Counted from the whole stretch's first letter, positions 22,649 through 34,375 are shown. The stretch: 63,556 bases of DNA, filler included, from Thraustochytrium aureum (GCA_012862495.1; 8 parts of 3 records of this genome joined end to end with filler, not necessarily neighbours in it), one strand, 5' to 3'. The notes: a model not told the origin generated them from the sequence alone. Made by a program: numbers and translations.

Positions 22649-25507
22649 AATGGAGACACGAGTACGCGGAAGGGGCTAACGGATTGCGACGAAGAGTACG
22701 CAGAGCTGACGAATGACGCCGCAGAAGCCATCACAGGCGCGAGCAAATCGGAAATGTCCGGGCCGATACACGACGACAAGGAGCAGGTCCAAGTTCAGCG
22801 CACTGCAGTGCGTGCCTTCGAGGAGGCCTCCAGTGACACGAAGAAGCCGGCTACAGCGGTGGAAACCGTCTCGGCCCGACAGCTGGAAACCCACGGCGAA
22901 GCAGCCGTTCCCATTAGTCCTCATCGGGCTGAGCCCCCAGCAAACTCTGGGGCTGGGCCGACAACGCCCTCGAGCTCCGGCGACCAGACTGTGCACTCAA
23001 CGCCGCTAGCCGACGCGAAAGCAGTCCTGCCCAGCGGTATCGCTGCACCAGGCTCGCGCCAAGCCAGCGCCGGCGGCGCCAAGATCTCTGCAGCAGCGGG
23101 GACCAAGCTCTACGAGCGCGCGATGGCACAGCGCGCCTCGGCAGAAAAGAAGCGGCAGGAGCTGATCAAGAAGGATTTCTCGTTCTCCCCAACGCTAGTG
23201 AGCAACAAAAAGCTGCGCGAGAATCGCGCCACCACGCCCGGCAAGCTACGGACCGATATGCTCTACGAGGACGCTGCAGTGCGCAAGGTCCAGAAGCAGC
23301 CCGCACCGCGCGACATGCACGAGTGCACCTTTACTCCACAGACAAACTCTTCCAGGCCCGGCTCAAGCTCTGGCGACCGCGGGAAATCATCCGCAGCAAA
23401 GAGGACGGAACTCTTGTACGCCAANNNNNNNNNNNNNNNNNNNNNNNNNNNNNNNNNNNNNNNNNNNNNNNNNNNNNNNNNNNNNNNNNNNNNNNNNNNN
23501 NNNNNNNNNNNNNNNNNNNNNNNNNNNNNNNNNNNNNNNNNNNCGCAAAGTCTCTTGAGCAGAAGCGCAAGGCGCGCGCTGAAGAAATTCTCCAGCAGGA
23601 GACCCAGGAGTGCACATTCAAGCCGAAAATCACGGCCAAAGCTCGGCAGGCCCGGCCTGACTCCCCGGACCCGACGCTGCGTGTGGAGCAGCTTCAAAAG
23701 GCGCACAAGGACCGAGCTGCTCGCCAAGCGGCCGAACGCAAGCAGCGCGAGCTGGAAGGTTGTACTTTTCAGCCCAAAATCAACCGTCGTGCATCCACGA
23801 ATGGGGCAGCGGCTTCGCCGGGTCCTTCTGCTGGGTCGGTCCAGGACCGTCTGCAGCAGTATCACAAATCGCTTGAAGCCAAGCGCGAGGCAGCACGGCA
23901 AAAGCGCGAGGAAGAGGAGGCCAAGGTCCTCACGTTCACGCCCAACATCAAGCGGCCTAGTACACCGCAAACCGGCGCTCCTCAAGGCGCCATCCATGAG
24001 CGACTCTACCACGAGGCGAACGCCAGGGGCGCTCGTATGCAAGACACTGGGTCCCTCCTCGCCAGGCCTGCGAGCGCAGGACGATCGCGCCCCTCAAGCG
24101 CGCCCAGACCCCGGCGCCAGAGCAGCGCAAAAGTATTTAGCCGCCTCGCAGAGCCGAAGCAGCCTCCCAGCAACGCCGACCTGGAGGACCAGCGCGCAGT
24201 GGAGCAGCTAAAGGAGTGCACATTTGTGCCAAACGTGCGCCAGTCGGCGGCCGGTGCCGCAGGGGTCTTCTCGCGTTTCTTCCGGCGGCGCAGTGCACGA
24301 GCGCCTCCATCGCGAGTCGCTGGGCCAAAAGGAACTCCGCGAGGCCCTCAAAGAGGAGAGCGAGCTGAGCTCGTGCACGTTCAAGCCTCAAATTTCAGCG
24401 GGCTCCAAGGAGCGTAGAACCTCGAGCGACGCGGGCGAGCGGCGCCCAGTTTGGGAGCGCCTCAACGAGGAAGCCAAAGCGCTAAAGTCGCGCGAAGAGG
24501 AGCTGCACAAGGCACGCGCCGCGCAGGAGCTCGCAGGCTGCAGCTTTCGCCCCAAGATTTCTGCGGGGAACTCGACGCACTCGAGCTCCAAGCCGTTCTG
24601 GGACCGCTTGGCCGACCCTGACGTTTTGGCTGCCAAGCAGCAAGATCTCGAACGCAAGCGCGAAGAAGCAGAGCTGCGCGACTGCACTTTCCGGCCCAAG
24701 ACCTCGCCCAAGTCGCCCCTCGTCCCGCGGTCCGAGAGGCTGCCAAGGAAACGGGCTCGCCGCTCGTCCCCTTGGTGCGCAAGTCGCCGGCAAGCCCGCC
24801 CGGTGCTGGTGCGCCGACAGTGTCTTACCTGGAGCGAGTCAAGTCGGCGGCGCAAAAGTCCGCGGCACGGCGCTCGGCTGCCAGCTCGACCCAACGCGCA
24901 AGTCCGCGAAGCGCCTCGTCAGCGCCGCGCGCAAGCCCCTCAGGGCTCGTCAGCCCTGTCTCGCGCCTCGGGCGCCTTCCAAAAGGGGCTGGCGAAACGT
25001 CTCCCAACCCGATCTTTGGGCTTGCGTCTCCTCCGCCTGCTTCTCAACAGGCGGAGTTGGCGACTCCGTCGCCGACCTCATCGGCAGCGCCAACTTTAGA
25101 GAGCCCGAAAGCGCTCGCAGTCAACACCTTGCCTCAGGGGACTGGCACGCCGTCCATAGCGCCGGCGAGCGCGCCAGCCCCGCTTAGCAATAGCCTAGCC
25201 GTGCAGCCCGGCGACTTGGAGACGATTGACGCACGCGAGCGCCTTCAGGAGGTGGCCGCGACGTTCGAACCGACACCGCCGACGCGCCACGCCCACCAAC
25301 CACTGATGAGCCAGACACTGCTGAGAAAGCTCGCGCCACTTTGGAGAGCCGCATTGCTCAGGCGATGGCACGGTGGGACCCCCCACCATGGCGCACCCAG
25401 AGGTCCAGGTCGATGGCGACCTCCTTGATCTGGGCTCGCCTAGTTCTCAGGACGGTTCAATTGCGGATGAGGACTTTGCGGCTATCCTTGAAGGCGGCTT
25501 GGAGTAG
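22649..25507 (+). CDS. Repeat protein with ~9 [ED]CTFxP modules and an SP-rich C-terminus (putative cytoskeletal/ciliary); gap and indels
   Basis: FSFSP, ECTFTP, ECTFKP, GCTFQP, LTFTP, ECTFVP, SCTFKP, GCSFRP, DCTFRP, each paired with a vxERLY-type helix. The 5' end may lie in the gap. Confidence 0.65.
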
Positions 25508-26305
25508 CAGGGTTAGGGGCGAGCACTGCACGTGGGCTGTGGTTTCCCAGCCGGCTGCCCAGAAGGCAACCGTCGATTTCTAGTTAGTCACGCAGATTCA
25601 TCGTTTTCGCGGCGGCCCTTGCAGTTGTCCCAGTTCTCGGCTTGCTTTGCTCTGAAACGACGCCCACCCGACGTCTTCTGGGAGCAATACTGAGAGGCTG
25701 GTCAGGACGCTCACACGATAAAGACACAGACATTCGGACGCGTTGATGTTCCGGTTCGCTCCTCTGCTATTCGAGCCTGGAGGAGTTGACATGTGCCGAT
25801 CTCGCAAGCAGGTGGGGGCCCATAGCAACACGCAAAGCGCAACGCATCGGTAAGAGCGCTGGGCCTGCCCAGCTTGAGCTGCAGCTCGGCATTTGCAACT
25901 TCAGCAACAAGGAATCGTGATGTCTGGTGACGAGGTCAGGCGCGATCTCCGTGGCCCGTCACTATGACGGGCGCGCATGTCCGTGCTTTGATGCTGCTCG
26001 CTTGAGTTCGCAATACCGGGTTCAATTCGCGGCAGGGAGCCAAAGAGAGCTGGGGCGTCTCTTGAGAAGGGTGCAAGCTATAGTTGAGGTGGTTGGTAAC
26101 TGTGCGTGGGGTTGGCTTGCGTTTGGGAGCTGCTGGAGGTTATCATGAGGTCATGTGGCGCATGACTGGTGGTGGTAGAAAGGCAATCGGTGCAAGAGGT
26201 CGTCCCTTTCAGTCCGCACTGCTCTGTTTGCACCTCGCGACTACCTGAAATAGGCTGTACGTCTGATCGTTGCCGCCAGCGCGAACGCCACGGCATGGCG
26301 GCGCG

Positions 26306-27592
26306 CTAGACCGACGCCAACAGGGGCTCGTCATCTGGCGCGCCCTCAACGGTCTCGTTGTAGTTGAAGACGTTGTGCTTGTTCAAGTGCCAGAAACGCA
26401 CTTTGACGCAGCGGCCGATGGGCTCGGCGTTGCTCACATTCACGAGCAGTTCTTGCAGGATCTTGTCCTCCATAACGCCCGTTCTGCTGGGCGGGATGAT
26501 CTCCCAATCCGGTTTCTCATCAAATAGGACGCGGGTGTTCACTGCAAAGCCGCCCATGTCCACACGGAAGACTCGTCCTGCGATGTAATTTGTCGCAAAG
26601 TCGACCACCGTGCCGTTGTCGGCCAGCACACAGCGCTCATAGTTCCCACCGCCGCTAAACCCGCTCGCAAAAATGCCGACCCGCTTGATTGCGCGAATGT
26701 CTTCAAACAGACGGTAGTCGTAGGCGTTGTCGTCGTCGCCAAAGTAGACAATTCCAGGCAGCCTAATCGACCGAACTACCTCGATGCCACGGTTGCGCTG
26801 GTCGTACCCGCGAATTGCGGTGCGAGCGACTCCAGATTGCTGAGTCAGGTGAGCGAACGGGAGGCCGGTATCTAAGAGTATCTCGCGCACCATCGAGGAA
26901 ATATTGCAGGGACTTGTGTCTTCGACTATGATCCAGTACACTTGCCCGTCTAGCATCAGGGCTTGTGCAACACGAAGCAGATCAACCTTTTGCGTGAGTC
27001 GCTTGTGTGTCGGCGTGACCATGTAAACGATTGGCTTTTCGCCCGCGCCGGGAATCAGCTGGCGAGTGAAGCGGGCGGGCGTGATGTATGCGCCTAGCCT
27101 GCCTCCTGCCGCCTTCCTGATCGCCTGCACGGCCCTTCTCCCAATGAGGTCTTGCTTGAGGCGCGGCAACGACTTGTACTTTAAAAACCCACGTCTGTTT
27201 GGCGTGGTCTCCTGAATAGGAGCGTGGTTTGTGAACTCCATCCAATCGCCTGGGCCATGGGTATCAGCGAAAGGATCCTGGGGGGACGGCATGATGACGG
27301 CCTCGGTTTCGTCAGCCGTGGCTGGTTCGGCGCCAGGTGCTGCGTACAGCAAGCGCCTCACGGCGGACACATCTGGAGCCAAGGGCGTCGTTCGCAATCG
27401 CCCGCCGTAGCCGTGCACCATCGGCTCCGCGGCGGCAGTATCTGCGTTTCTACTCGCGTGGGACCGGTCAACCGTGGCCCACTGAGGGTCCAAGCGCCGC
27501 GCGGAGAGCCAGCTGTTCCATACTAACAAACCTAGGCACAGAACGCTGAGCACAGAGACGCGCCTCTCCAGGGTGGCTCGCGGGACTCGCAT
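26306..27592 (-). CDS. Glycosyltransferase family 43 (B3GAT/IRX9-like), type II membrane protein
   Basis: N-terminal TM anchor; IVYMVTPT; WIIVED; QRNRG; IVYFGDDDNAYD; FRVDMGGFAVN; C..V.FWH. Confidence 0.92.
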   Translation of the reverse strand: MRVPRATLERRVSVLSVLCLGLLVWNSWLSARRLDPQWATVDRSHASRNADTAAAEPMVHGYGGRLRTTPLAPDVSAVRRLLYAAPGAEPATADETEAVIMPSPQDPFADTHGPGDWMEFTNHAPIQETTPNRRGFLKYKSLPRLKQDLIGRRAVQAIRKAAGGRLGAYITPARFTRQLIPGAGEKPIVYMVTPTHKRLTQKVDLLRVAQALMLDGQVYWIIVEDTSPCNISSMVREILLDTGLPFAHLTQQSGVARTAIRGYDQRNRGIEVVRSIRLPGIVYFGDDDNAYDYRLFEDIRAIKRVGIFASGFSGGGNYERCVLADNGTVVDFATNYIAGRVFRVDMGGFAVNTRVLFDEKPDWEIIPPSRTGVMEDKILQELLVNVSNAEPIGRCVKVRFWHLNKHNVFNYNETVEGAPDDEPLLASV

Positions 27593-27880
27593 GGGCTGGG
27601 CTGGGTGCCGGCCGGCCGGCCCGCCCTCCCGCCCAGATTAACGACCCGCCCTGGCCCGGATCAGCAGCACCCGACCGCGCGCCGCCTGGCACAGCGTTTT
27701 GCGCGCACGCGCGCGAGGAGACTGGTTTTCTTTCTGTCTGGTGCTGATCATGAGTGAAATAAAGGTTGAAATTGTTCCACGCCGCTGGCGGCATGTCTGG
27801 ATGGAAAATTGGACAACGTCGGCAGTTTCGGTTATTCATGTTGTCGTGAGGGGTCACAGTCGCACCCCAATTTTGTGAAT

Positions 27881-27921
27881 GTCCCGGTTGGTCCCGGGTT
27901 GGCCCCGGGTTGGTCCCGGGT
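27881..27921 (+). repeat. 10-bp imperfect tandem repeat (GGTCCCGGGT)x4 upstream of GT43
   Basis: gtcccggttggtcccgggttggccccgggttggtcccgggt. Confidence 0.75.
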
Positions 27922-29347
27922 GTGGGTTGTTGTGAGGCTGACTTGGCAAGTTATTCCGACAACCTTGCCATTCGTGGGAGTGAAAAATCACACTCCTCCA
28001 ATATTCACTCGTCGAAGTCTACGGCAGTAGTAAGCGCTGCATCAAGGAGATCCGACTTTACTGCACCCTTTACCCCTTGCCTGGCGCGGCTAGTGGACGA
28101 CATTTCCAGCCTGCATGTGTGCATGCCGTGTCACACATGCCCGAAGCCAGTTTAGCTTCTGGGATGCAGAGAATCTGAACTGATCTGATGACAGTACTCG
28201 ACATACCAGGATACATAGAAGAATACCCAAGCAAGAACACCACTGACCCCAGTGAAACCAAGAACGAACGTGCAGCTAACGTGGCGCTCTTCCGCAAGGC
28301 CTTCCTGGTGGGTGGGGCTCGCTCGCCAGCAGCTTGTGCCTTCGCATGNNNNNNNNNNNNNNNNNNNNNNNNNNNNNNNNNNNNNNNNNNNNNNNNNNNN
28401 NNNNNNNNNNNNNNNNNNNNNNNNNNNNNNNNNNNNNNNNNNNNNNNNNNNNNNNNNNNNNNNNNNNNNNNNNNNNNNNNNNNNNNNNNNNNNNNNNNNN
28501 NNNNNNNNNNNNNNNNNNNNNNNNNNNNNNNNNNNNNNNNNNNNNNNNNNNNNNNNNNNNNNNNNNNNNNNNNNNNNNNNNNNNNNNNNNNNNNNNNNNN
28601 NNNNNNNNNNNNNNNNNNNNNNNNNNNNNNNNNNNNNNNNNNNNNNNNNNNNNNNNNNNNNNNNNNNNNNNNNNNNNNNNNNNNNNNNNNNNNNNNNNNN
28701 NNNNNNNNNNNNNNNNNNNNNNNNNNNNNNNNNNNNNNNNNNNNNNNNNNNNNNNNNNNNNNNNNNNNNNNNNNNNNNNNNNNNNNNNNNNNNNNNNNNN
28801 NNNNNNNNNNNNNNNNNNNNNNNNNNNNNNNNNNNNNNNNNNNNNNNNNNNNNNNNNNNNNNNNNNNNNNNNNNNNNNNNNNNNNNNNNNNNNNNNNNNN
28901 NNNNNNNNNNNNNNNNNNNNNNNNNNNNNNNNNNNNNNNNNNNNNNNNNNNNNNNNNNNNNNNNNNNNNNNNNNNNNNNNNNNNNNNNNNNNNNNNNNNN
29001 NNNNNNNNNNNNNNNNNNNNNNNNNNNNNNNNNNNNNNNNNNNNNNNNNNNNNNNNNNNNNNNNNNNNNNNNNNNNNNNNNNNNNNNNNNNNNNNNNNNN
29101 NNNNNNNNNNNNNNNNNNNNNNNNNNNNNNNNNNNNNNNNNNNNNNNNNNNNNNNNNNNNNNNNNNNNNNNNNNNNNNNNNNNNNNNNNNNNNNNNNNNN
29201 NNNNNNNNNNNNNNNNNNNNNNNNNNNNNNNNNNNNNNNNNNNNNNNNNNNNNNNNNNNNNNNNNNNNNNNNNNNNNNNNCAGTAGTAGCGGCAGTAGCG
29301 GCAGCGGCAGGAGGTGTTGGGGGGAGAGCAAGGGCAGCGCGGACAGG

Positions 29348-30589
29348 ATGGGCGAGCCGGAGGTGAAAAAGCAAAAGGTGGAAGCCCCCGTGGCGGACAA
29401 GAAGCTGTTTGTGACCGTGGTGGGCGGCGGCAACTCGACGCCGATCTTTGCCTGCTTGGCCAAGATGGCTGGACACGATGTGGCCATCCTGACCCGCAAG
29501 CCGGAAAAGTGGTCCAAGACGGTCGGATTTTCCAACGAGGACACCGAGTACTTGGAGGGCAAGGAGGAGTTTGCGGAGGAGGTGGACATGATCACCTCGG
29601 ACCCTGCTGCGTGCATTCCGCAGAGTGATATGATCTTTATCGCAGGGCTGCCGATCCACCACAACCCCGAGGTGCTCAAGAGCATCGCGCCGCACTTGAA
29701 CCGGGAAAAGCCCGTTATGGTCGGGTCGATCTGCAGCTACGGCGCTTTCAACTGGGTGGCTGCCGACAGCCTCGGACCGGGCAGCTACCACATTTTCGGG
29801 ACGCAGCTGATCCCCTGGTGCTGCGGCACCAAGGTATATGGCAAGACCGGCGTCGTGTACGGGGCCAAGCGCATGCTCCGCATCGCCACGGAGGACGGCA
29901 AGGACGCGTACGGGATTAAAGACATCATGCAGAAGATCCTGCAGATCTCGGACATGCGCGACACCGACTTTCTCGCGTGCTCGCTGTGGCCCAACAACCC
30001 CTCGCTGCACCCTCCCATCCTCTACGGCCTCTTCAAGGACTGGGATGGCAAGACGCCCTTCAACAAGGAGGACCTCCCGCTCCGCATCTACGCCGGGCTC
30101 ACGGACGCGTCCGCGGAGGCGCTCGCCAAGCTGGACGACGAGTTGGTAGCTATCGTGGACGGGCTCAAGGTCCACTTTCCGGACAACAAAAACCTGCACG
30201 AGGACTTTCGCCTGCGTGCCTGCATTTTGGAAAACTATCTCGACCAGGTCAAGGACAGCTCGACGCTAGCCGCCACCGTCAAGACCAACAAGGCGTTCGG
30301 GAGCCACAACGTGCCGTACGAGGAGGTCGAGCCCGGCAAGATCGTGCCGGTGCTCAAGCACAAGTTTTTCGAAACTGACCTCCCGTTTGGGCTCTGCACG
30401 TGGAAGGAGATTGCGCAGATGGCGGGCGTGGAGACCCCGCTCACAGACGCCATCATCGAGTGGAACCAAAAGCTAATTGGGAAGGAGTACCTGAAGGACG
30501 GCAAGATCCAGGGCAAGGACGCTGGCGAGTGCATCCTGCCGTCGCGCTTCGGCCTAGACATCACCACGCTCGACAAGGGCAAGCGCTGA
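29348..30589 (+). CDS. Opine/octopine dehydrogenase-family NAD-dependent oxidoreductase
   Basis: VTVVGGGNST Rossmann fold like invertebrate OcDH (VCGGGNG); ITSDPA; FG.Q.IPW.C; N..LHPPILYG; HKFFETDLPFGL; VETPLTD.IIEW.Q. Intronless with strong codon bias. Confidence 0.85.
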   Translation: MGEPEVKKQKVEAPVADKKLFVTVVGGGNSTPIFACLAKMAGHDVAILTRKPEKWSKTVGFSNEDTEYLEGKEEFAEEVDMITSDPAACIPQSDMIFIAGLPIHHNPEVLKSIAPHLNREKPVMVGSICSYGAFNWVAADSLGPGSYHIFGTQLIPWCCGTKVYGKTGVVYGAKRMLRIATEDGKDAYGIKDIMQKILQISDMRDTDFLACSLWPNNPSLHPPILYGLFKDWDGKTPFNKEDLPLRIYAGLTDASAEALAKLDDELVAIVDGLKVHFPDNKNLHEDFRLRACILENYLDQVKDSSTLAATVKTNKAFGSHNVPYEEVEPGKIVPVLKHKFFETDLPFGLCTWKEIAQMAGVETPLTDAIIEWNQKLIGKEYLKDGKIQGKDAGECILPSRFGLDITTLDKGKR

Positions 30590-30681
30590 TTTTTCGTTTC
30601 CCTTCGTGCATAGCAACCGCTGACTTTTTTCGTTTCCCTTCGTGCAGGGCAAGCGCTGGCTTTTCGTATTCCCTTCGTGCA
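30577..30681 (+). repeat. Three ~35-bp tandem copies spanning the opine DH stop codon
   Basis: GGGCAAGCGCTGATTTTTCGTTTCCCTTCGTGCA plus two diverged copies. Confidence 0.9.
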
Positions 30682-30781
30682 NNNNNNNNNNNNNNNNNNN
30701 NNNNNNNNNNNNNNNNNNNNNNNNNTTAATTAATTAANNNNNNNNNNNNNNNNNNNNNNNNNNNNNNNNNNNNNNNNNNNN

Positions 30782-31735
30782 GAGCCGGCTTCCGGTAGGC
30801 AGGGACACGGCCGGAGCGGTGCTGCTCATTCGGCGCGTGTCGCGGCGCGTTTGGCCGATGCGCAACTACGTGCTGCTCTGCGTGGGCGCCCTGGTCGCGC
30901 TGATCCTGGTCCTTGCCGGCATCTTTACGCCCTCCATGGCTCGCGAGGTCCCCGGGAGCCTTCCCGTCATCGCCAACAAGATCCTCGGCATTCACTGGGA
31001 GAAGCGCTACTCGCTCTGGACGCTCACAGAGGTCACGGGGGCATCTGGCGGGCCCGACTTTCTGCTGATGGGCACCTTTGCGTTTTTTGTGGTCATCGGC
31101 CCCATTTTGCGCGCTGCAATGTGCATCATCGACCTCGTCGTGCCCATGAGCAAGTCGATGCACAAGCGCTTCATGACATCGATCAACTTTCTCGGCGCCT
31201 TTTGTGCCTGGGAGGTGTTCCTCGTCGCGCTTTTCCTGGTTGACGCCGAGATGCCGCAGATCACCAACACGATATTGGGTAAGTTTAGGTTGGCTTGCTG
31301 GGCGCTCTGATGGCCGCGTAGGCCGGCCGAGGAGAAGCTGACCCCTGCCTTGCAACAGACGACCGCGACACGTCGCTTTGCCTCGACTTGTACAATGCGG
31401 GTTTTCCGCGGTCTTGTTTCGAGGTCGAGTTCAATGTGCTCGACTCTTTTTTTTATGTGGTCTTTGGGGGCACTGTGCTGATGCTCGTGTCCAGCATGTC
31501 AGTCAAGCTCGGGTTTAAGGGGCTAGACCCGTACCTTGATGGGGACCGCGGCGGCCCGTATTGCTGTGACTGGTGTCCGTACGTGCTCTTTGACTTTGAC
31601 AGGGACATTCGGAGCCACGACGCTGCGCGCCCGGGCCTTACCGCTGCACCGCCGAGCACCGAGCGCGACCCGTTGCTGGATGTCGGCGAGAGCACGGACC
31701 GCGGTGCTGTGACGAGTCAGTTCTCGCCGGTATGA
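30782..31735 (+). CDS. PqiA (paraquat-inducible protein A)-like membrane protein, 3' part; probable intron from 31279 to ~31360
   Basis: Pattern TM-...YSLW...FAFFVVIGPILR...FLGAFCAWEVFLVALF matches the PqiA domain (SI..L...FSV..P..K...L..WSM.DVF). GTAAGT donor at 31279. 5' end is in the gap. Confidence 0.6.
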
Positions 31736-31956
31736 TCGGGAGGCGGCCCCGTCTCGGACCGGCGCCGTCTCGGACGAGCCCTGCACTTGTTGTAGCCCAT
31801 GTCTTGGGTTTATGCCACGCACTTGCCTGTTTTTGCAATTGAACAGGCAGTTTGCAGCCAAGACGAGAATCATAGTTTTTATCTATCTATAGCCTAGCTA
31901 TAGGCCTAAATGTATCTTTTCCATGAATTCGCTGACCCGACCTCGCTCCGTTGCTG

Positions 31957-32360
31957 CTACTGCTGTACCGGAGGGCTGACGAGGATGACAATATCCCCGC
32001 GCACGAACAGCATCTCCCGCTCCCGCTTGTGCTCCTGCGCACGGTCAGCTAGCCGCAGGGCCGCTGCAGCGCGTGCCTCGGGCCCAACTTACCACCACCT
32101 GGCCATCCTTCTCCTCGCGCACAATCTCCTCGACGTCGCCGAGAATCATATTGAGGTGCTGGTCGAAGGCCTGCGCTTGGTGCGCCGTTAGCCCGCCAGC
32201 CCGCCTGCCGCAGCCCGCTCCGGCCCGCTCCGGCCGCTCCGGCCGCCGCCCAACTCACATGCAGCTTCCCGCGCAGCTCGCGGTCGCCCCGGCACTTGAC
32301 GAACACGCGCTCGTCGATACTGAGCGCGACGAGGTCGAGCGGCTGCTTGACGACCGCCAT
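31957..32360 (-). CDS. LSM3: U6 snRNA-associated Sm-like protein LSm3; 3 exons
   Basis: Introns 32171-32258 and 32035-32092. Joined protein [85 protein letters not shown]. Confidence 0.95.
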
Positions 32361-32816
32361 CCTCGCGCCAGCCCACNNNNNNNNNNNNNNNNNNNNNNNN
32401 NNNNNNNNNNNNNNNNNNNNNNNNNNNNNNNNNNNNNNNNNNNNNNNNNNNNNNNNNNNNNNNNNNNNNNNNNNNNNNNNNNNNNNNNNNNNNNNNNNNN
32501 NNNNNNNNNNNNNNNNNNNNNNNNNNNNNNNNNNNNNNNNNNNNNNNNNNNNNNNNNNNNNNNNNNNNNNNNNNNNNNNNNNNNNNNNNNNNNNNNNNNN
32601 NNNNNNNNNNNNNNNNNNNNNNNNNNNNNNNNNNNNNNNNNNNNNNNNNNNNNNNNNNNNNNNNNNNNNNNNNNNNNNNNNNNNNNNNNNNNNNNNNNNN
32701 NNNNNNNNNNNNNNNCCGCAGAGCAGCAGCCGCAGCAGCAGCAGCAGCAGCAGGAGGAGCGGCAGGAGCAGGCGGGGAGCAGGGCGCGGCTGTGGGACGG
32801 GCGCGGCGCTGCGGAG

Positions 32817-33386
32817 ATGTCGGCGCAAGCGCGGTACTCTAAACTCGGCGAGACGTGCTACGGGAAGCTGGACAAGGTGAACGCCGAGCTTTTGACGCTG
32901 ACGTACGGCGCGCTGGTCGCCGATCTCGTGAGGAACTACGATGACGTGGACCAGGTGAATGGCAAGCTGGAGAGCATGGGGTACAGCGTTGGCTTGCGGC
33001 TGATTGATGAGTTTTTGGCCAAGTCGGGGATTCCACGGTGCGGCTCGTTCCGCGAGACGGCGGAGATCGTCGCGCGCGTCGGGTTCAAGATGTTTTTGAA
33101 CGTGACGCCCGAAGTGCGCGACTGGAATGAACAGGGCACCAAGTGCGTCCTTGCTTTTGCGGAAAACCCGCTCGAGGACTTTGTTGAGTTACCTGCTGCT
33201 TGTGCTGGGCTCAAGTACTGCAACCTGCTGTGCGGCGTGCTGCGCGGGGCGCTCGAGTCTGTGCACCTCGCGGTGACGTGCGAGGTCGTCGCGGATGCGC
33301 TGCAGGGCGATGCTGCCACGGAGATTTCGGTTGCTCTGGACCACGTCATTCAGGATCAGACCAACGAGGACTACCACGAGGACTAG
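32817..33386 (+). CDS. BET3: TRAPP complex subunit 3 (Bet3)
   Basis: KVNAELLTLTYGALV; LESMGYSVGLRLIDEFLAK; FKMFLNVTP; NPLEDFVELP; YCNLLCGVLRGALE. Confidence 0.96.
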   Translation: MSAQARYSKLGETCYGKLDKVNAELLTLTYGALVADLVRNYDDVDQVNGKLESMGYSVGLRLIDEFLAKSGIPRCGSFRETAEIVARVGFKMFLNVTPEVRDWNEQGTKCVLAFAENPLEDFVELPAACAGLKYCNLLCGVLRGALESVHLAVTCEVVADALQGDAATEISVALDHVIQDQTNEDYHED

Positions 33387-34375
33387 CCCGTGCAATACTT
33401 CCTGGTCGTCGACAATGCCACCCCACCTTGTTAGATCCTTCGTTTTATAAAAAAACCTCTTGCTCCAAGACGGAAACGCCCAGTCCGGGATGAGCGCCAT
33501 TCCTCGCAAAAGGCCCAGGCGATCCGCTCGCGCAGCCCGCTCGCGCAAGCCCTGCGCGCGTTGACGAGCAGCGGATTGCGCGTCCCACCCAGTTACATAG
33601 CTGGTACTCACAGATGTGAGAATGAGCTCGTTTTTGTCCAAGGCAACTCGGAGGAGCGAGCGCAGCTCGTCCCCGCAGCGTCGCCGAAGCCTAGCGAGCG
33701 CCACCGGCTCAAGTGCGGCTCCGTCTCTGCAGTCCACTTTCCCTCTGGGTAGGTACCTGGTACCCCTGATGAGGTTGCGGACACAAGCGTTGGATACGCG
33801 TTGAGGCGAGCGGGTCTTTGGGAAGGTTGGGCGAAGGGAGGTCCTATCATGCCCCGCACCATGGCTGCGCCAACAACGCCGCCGAGCGCGCAAATAGCTG
33901 GGGCAGGTACCCGGCAGCGCTTGCAAGTCCCAATTGGGACCTCGTGCGGCAAAGGCGCCGAGGTGGCAGCGAGGCTGCGTCGAACTGACGATGGCGGCGC
34001 ACCTTCGGCGATCCAGGCGCCCAAACGCACCCGTCGACAGCGCACAACTCACGCGCAAAGCCGCAGCCGTAAGGCGATCGGCGTGCGCGCTGTAGAGGCT
34101 TCAGAAGAGGGTGGCGCGCTGCGTACGGGCCGGAAGGCCGAGCCTGACGGGCTGCCGCCGATTCTNNNNNNNNNNNNNNNNNNNNNNNNNNNNNNNNNNN
34201 NNNNNNNNNTTAATTAATTAANNNNNNNNNNNNNNNNNNNNNNNNNNNNNNNNNNNNNNNNNNNNTTTTCCATCTTGCCGGGGGCGGGCCGGGTCCGATT
34301 GCGGGCTTGCGGGTGCCGAGTGTCTATGCGAATAGATGTTCAGTTCCACTTCCGAAAGTGGCCACGGCGCTTGGC

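Noticed and set aside
33189..34165. Minus-strand ORFs downstream of BET3 with a possible GTGAGT intron at ~33610
   Set aside because: No recognisable domain and no consistent gene model; the ORF overlaps the BET3 3' end.
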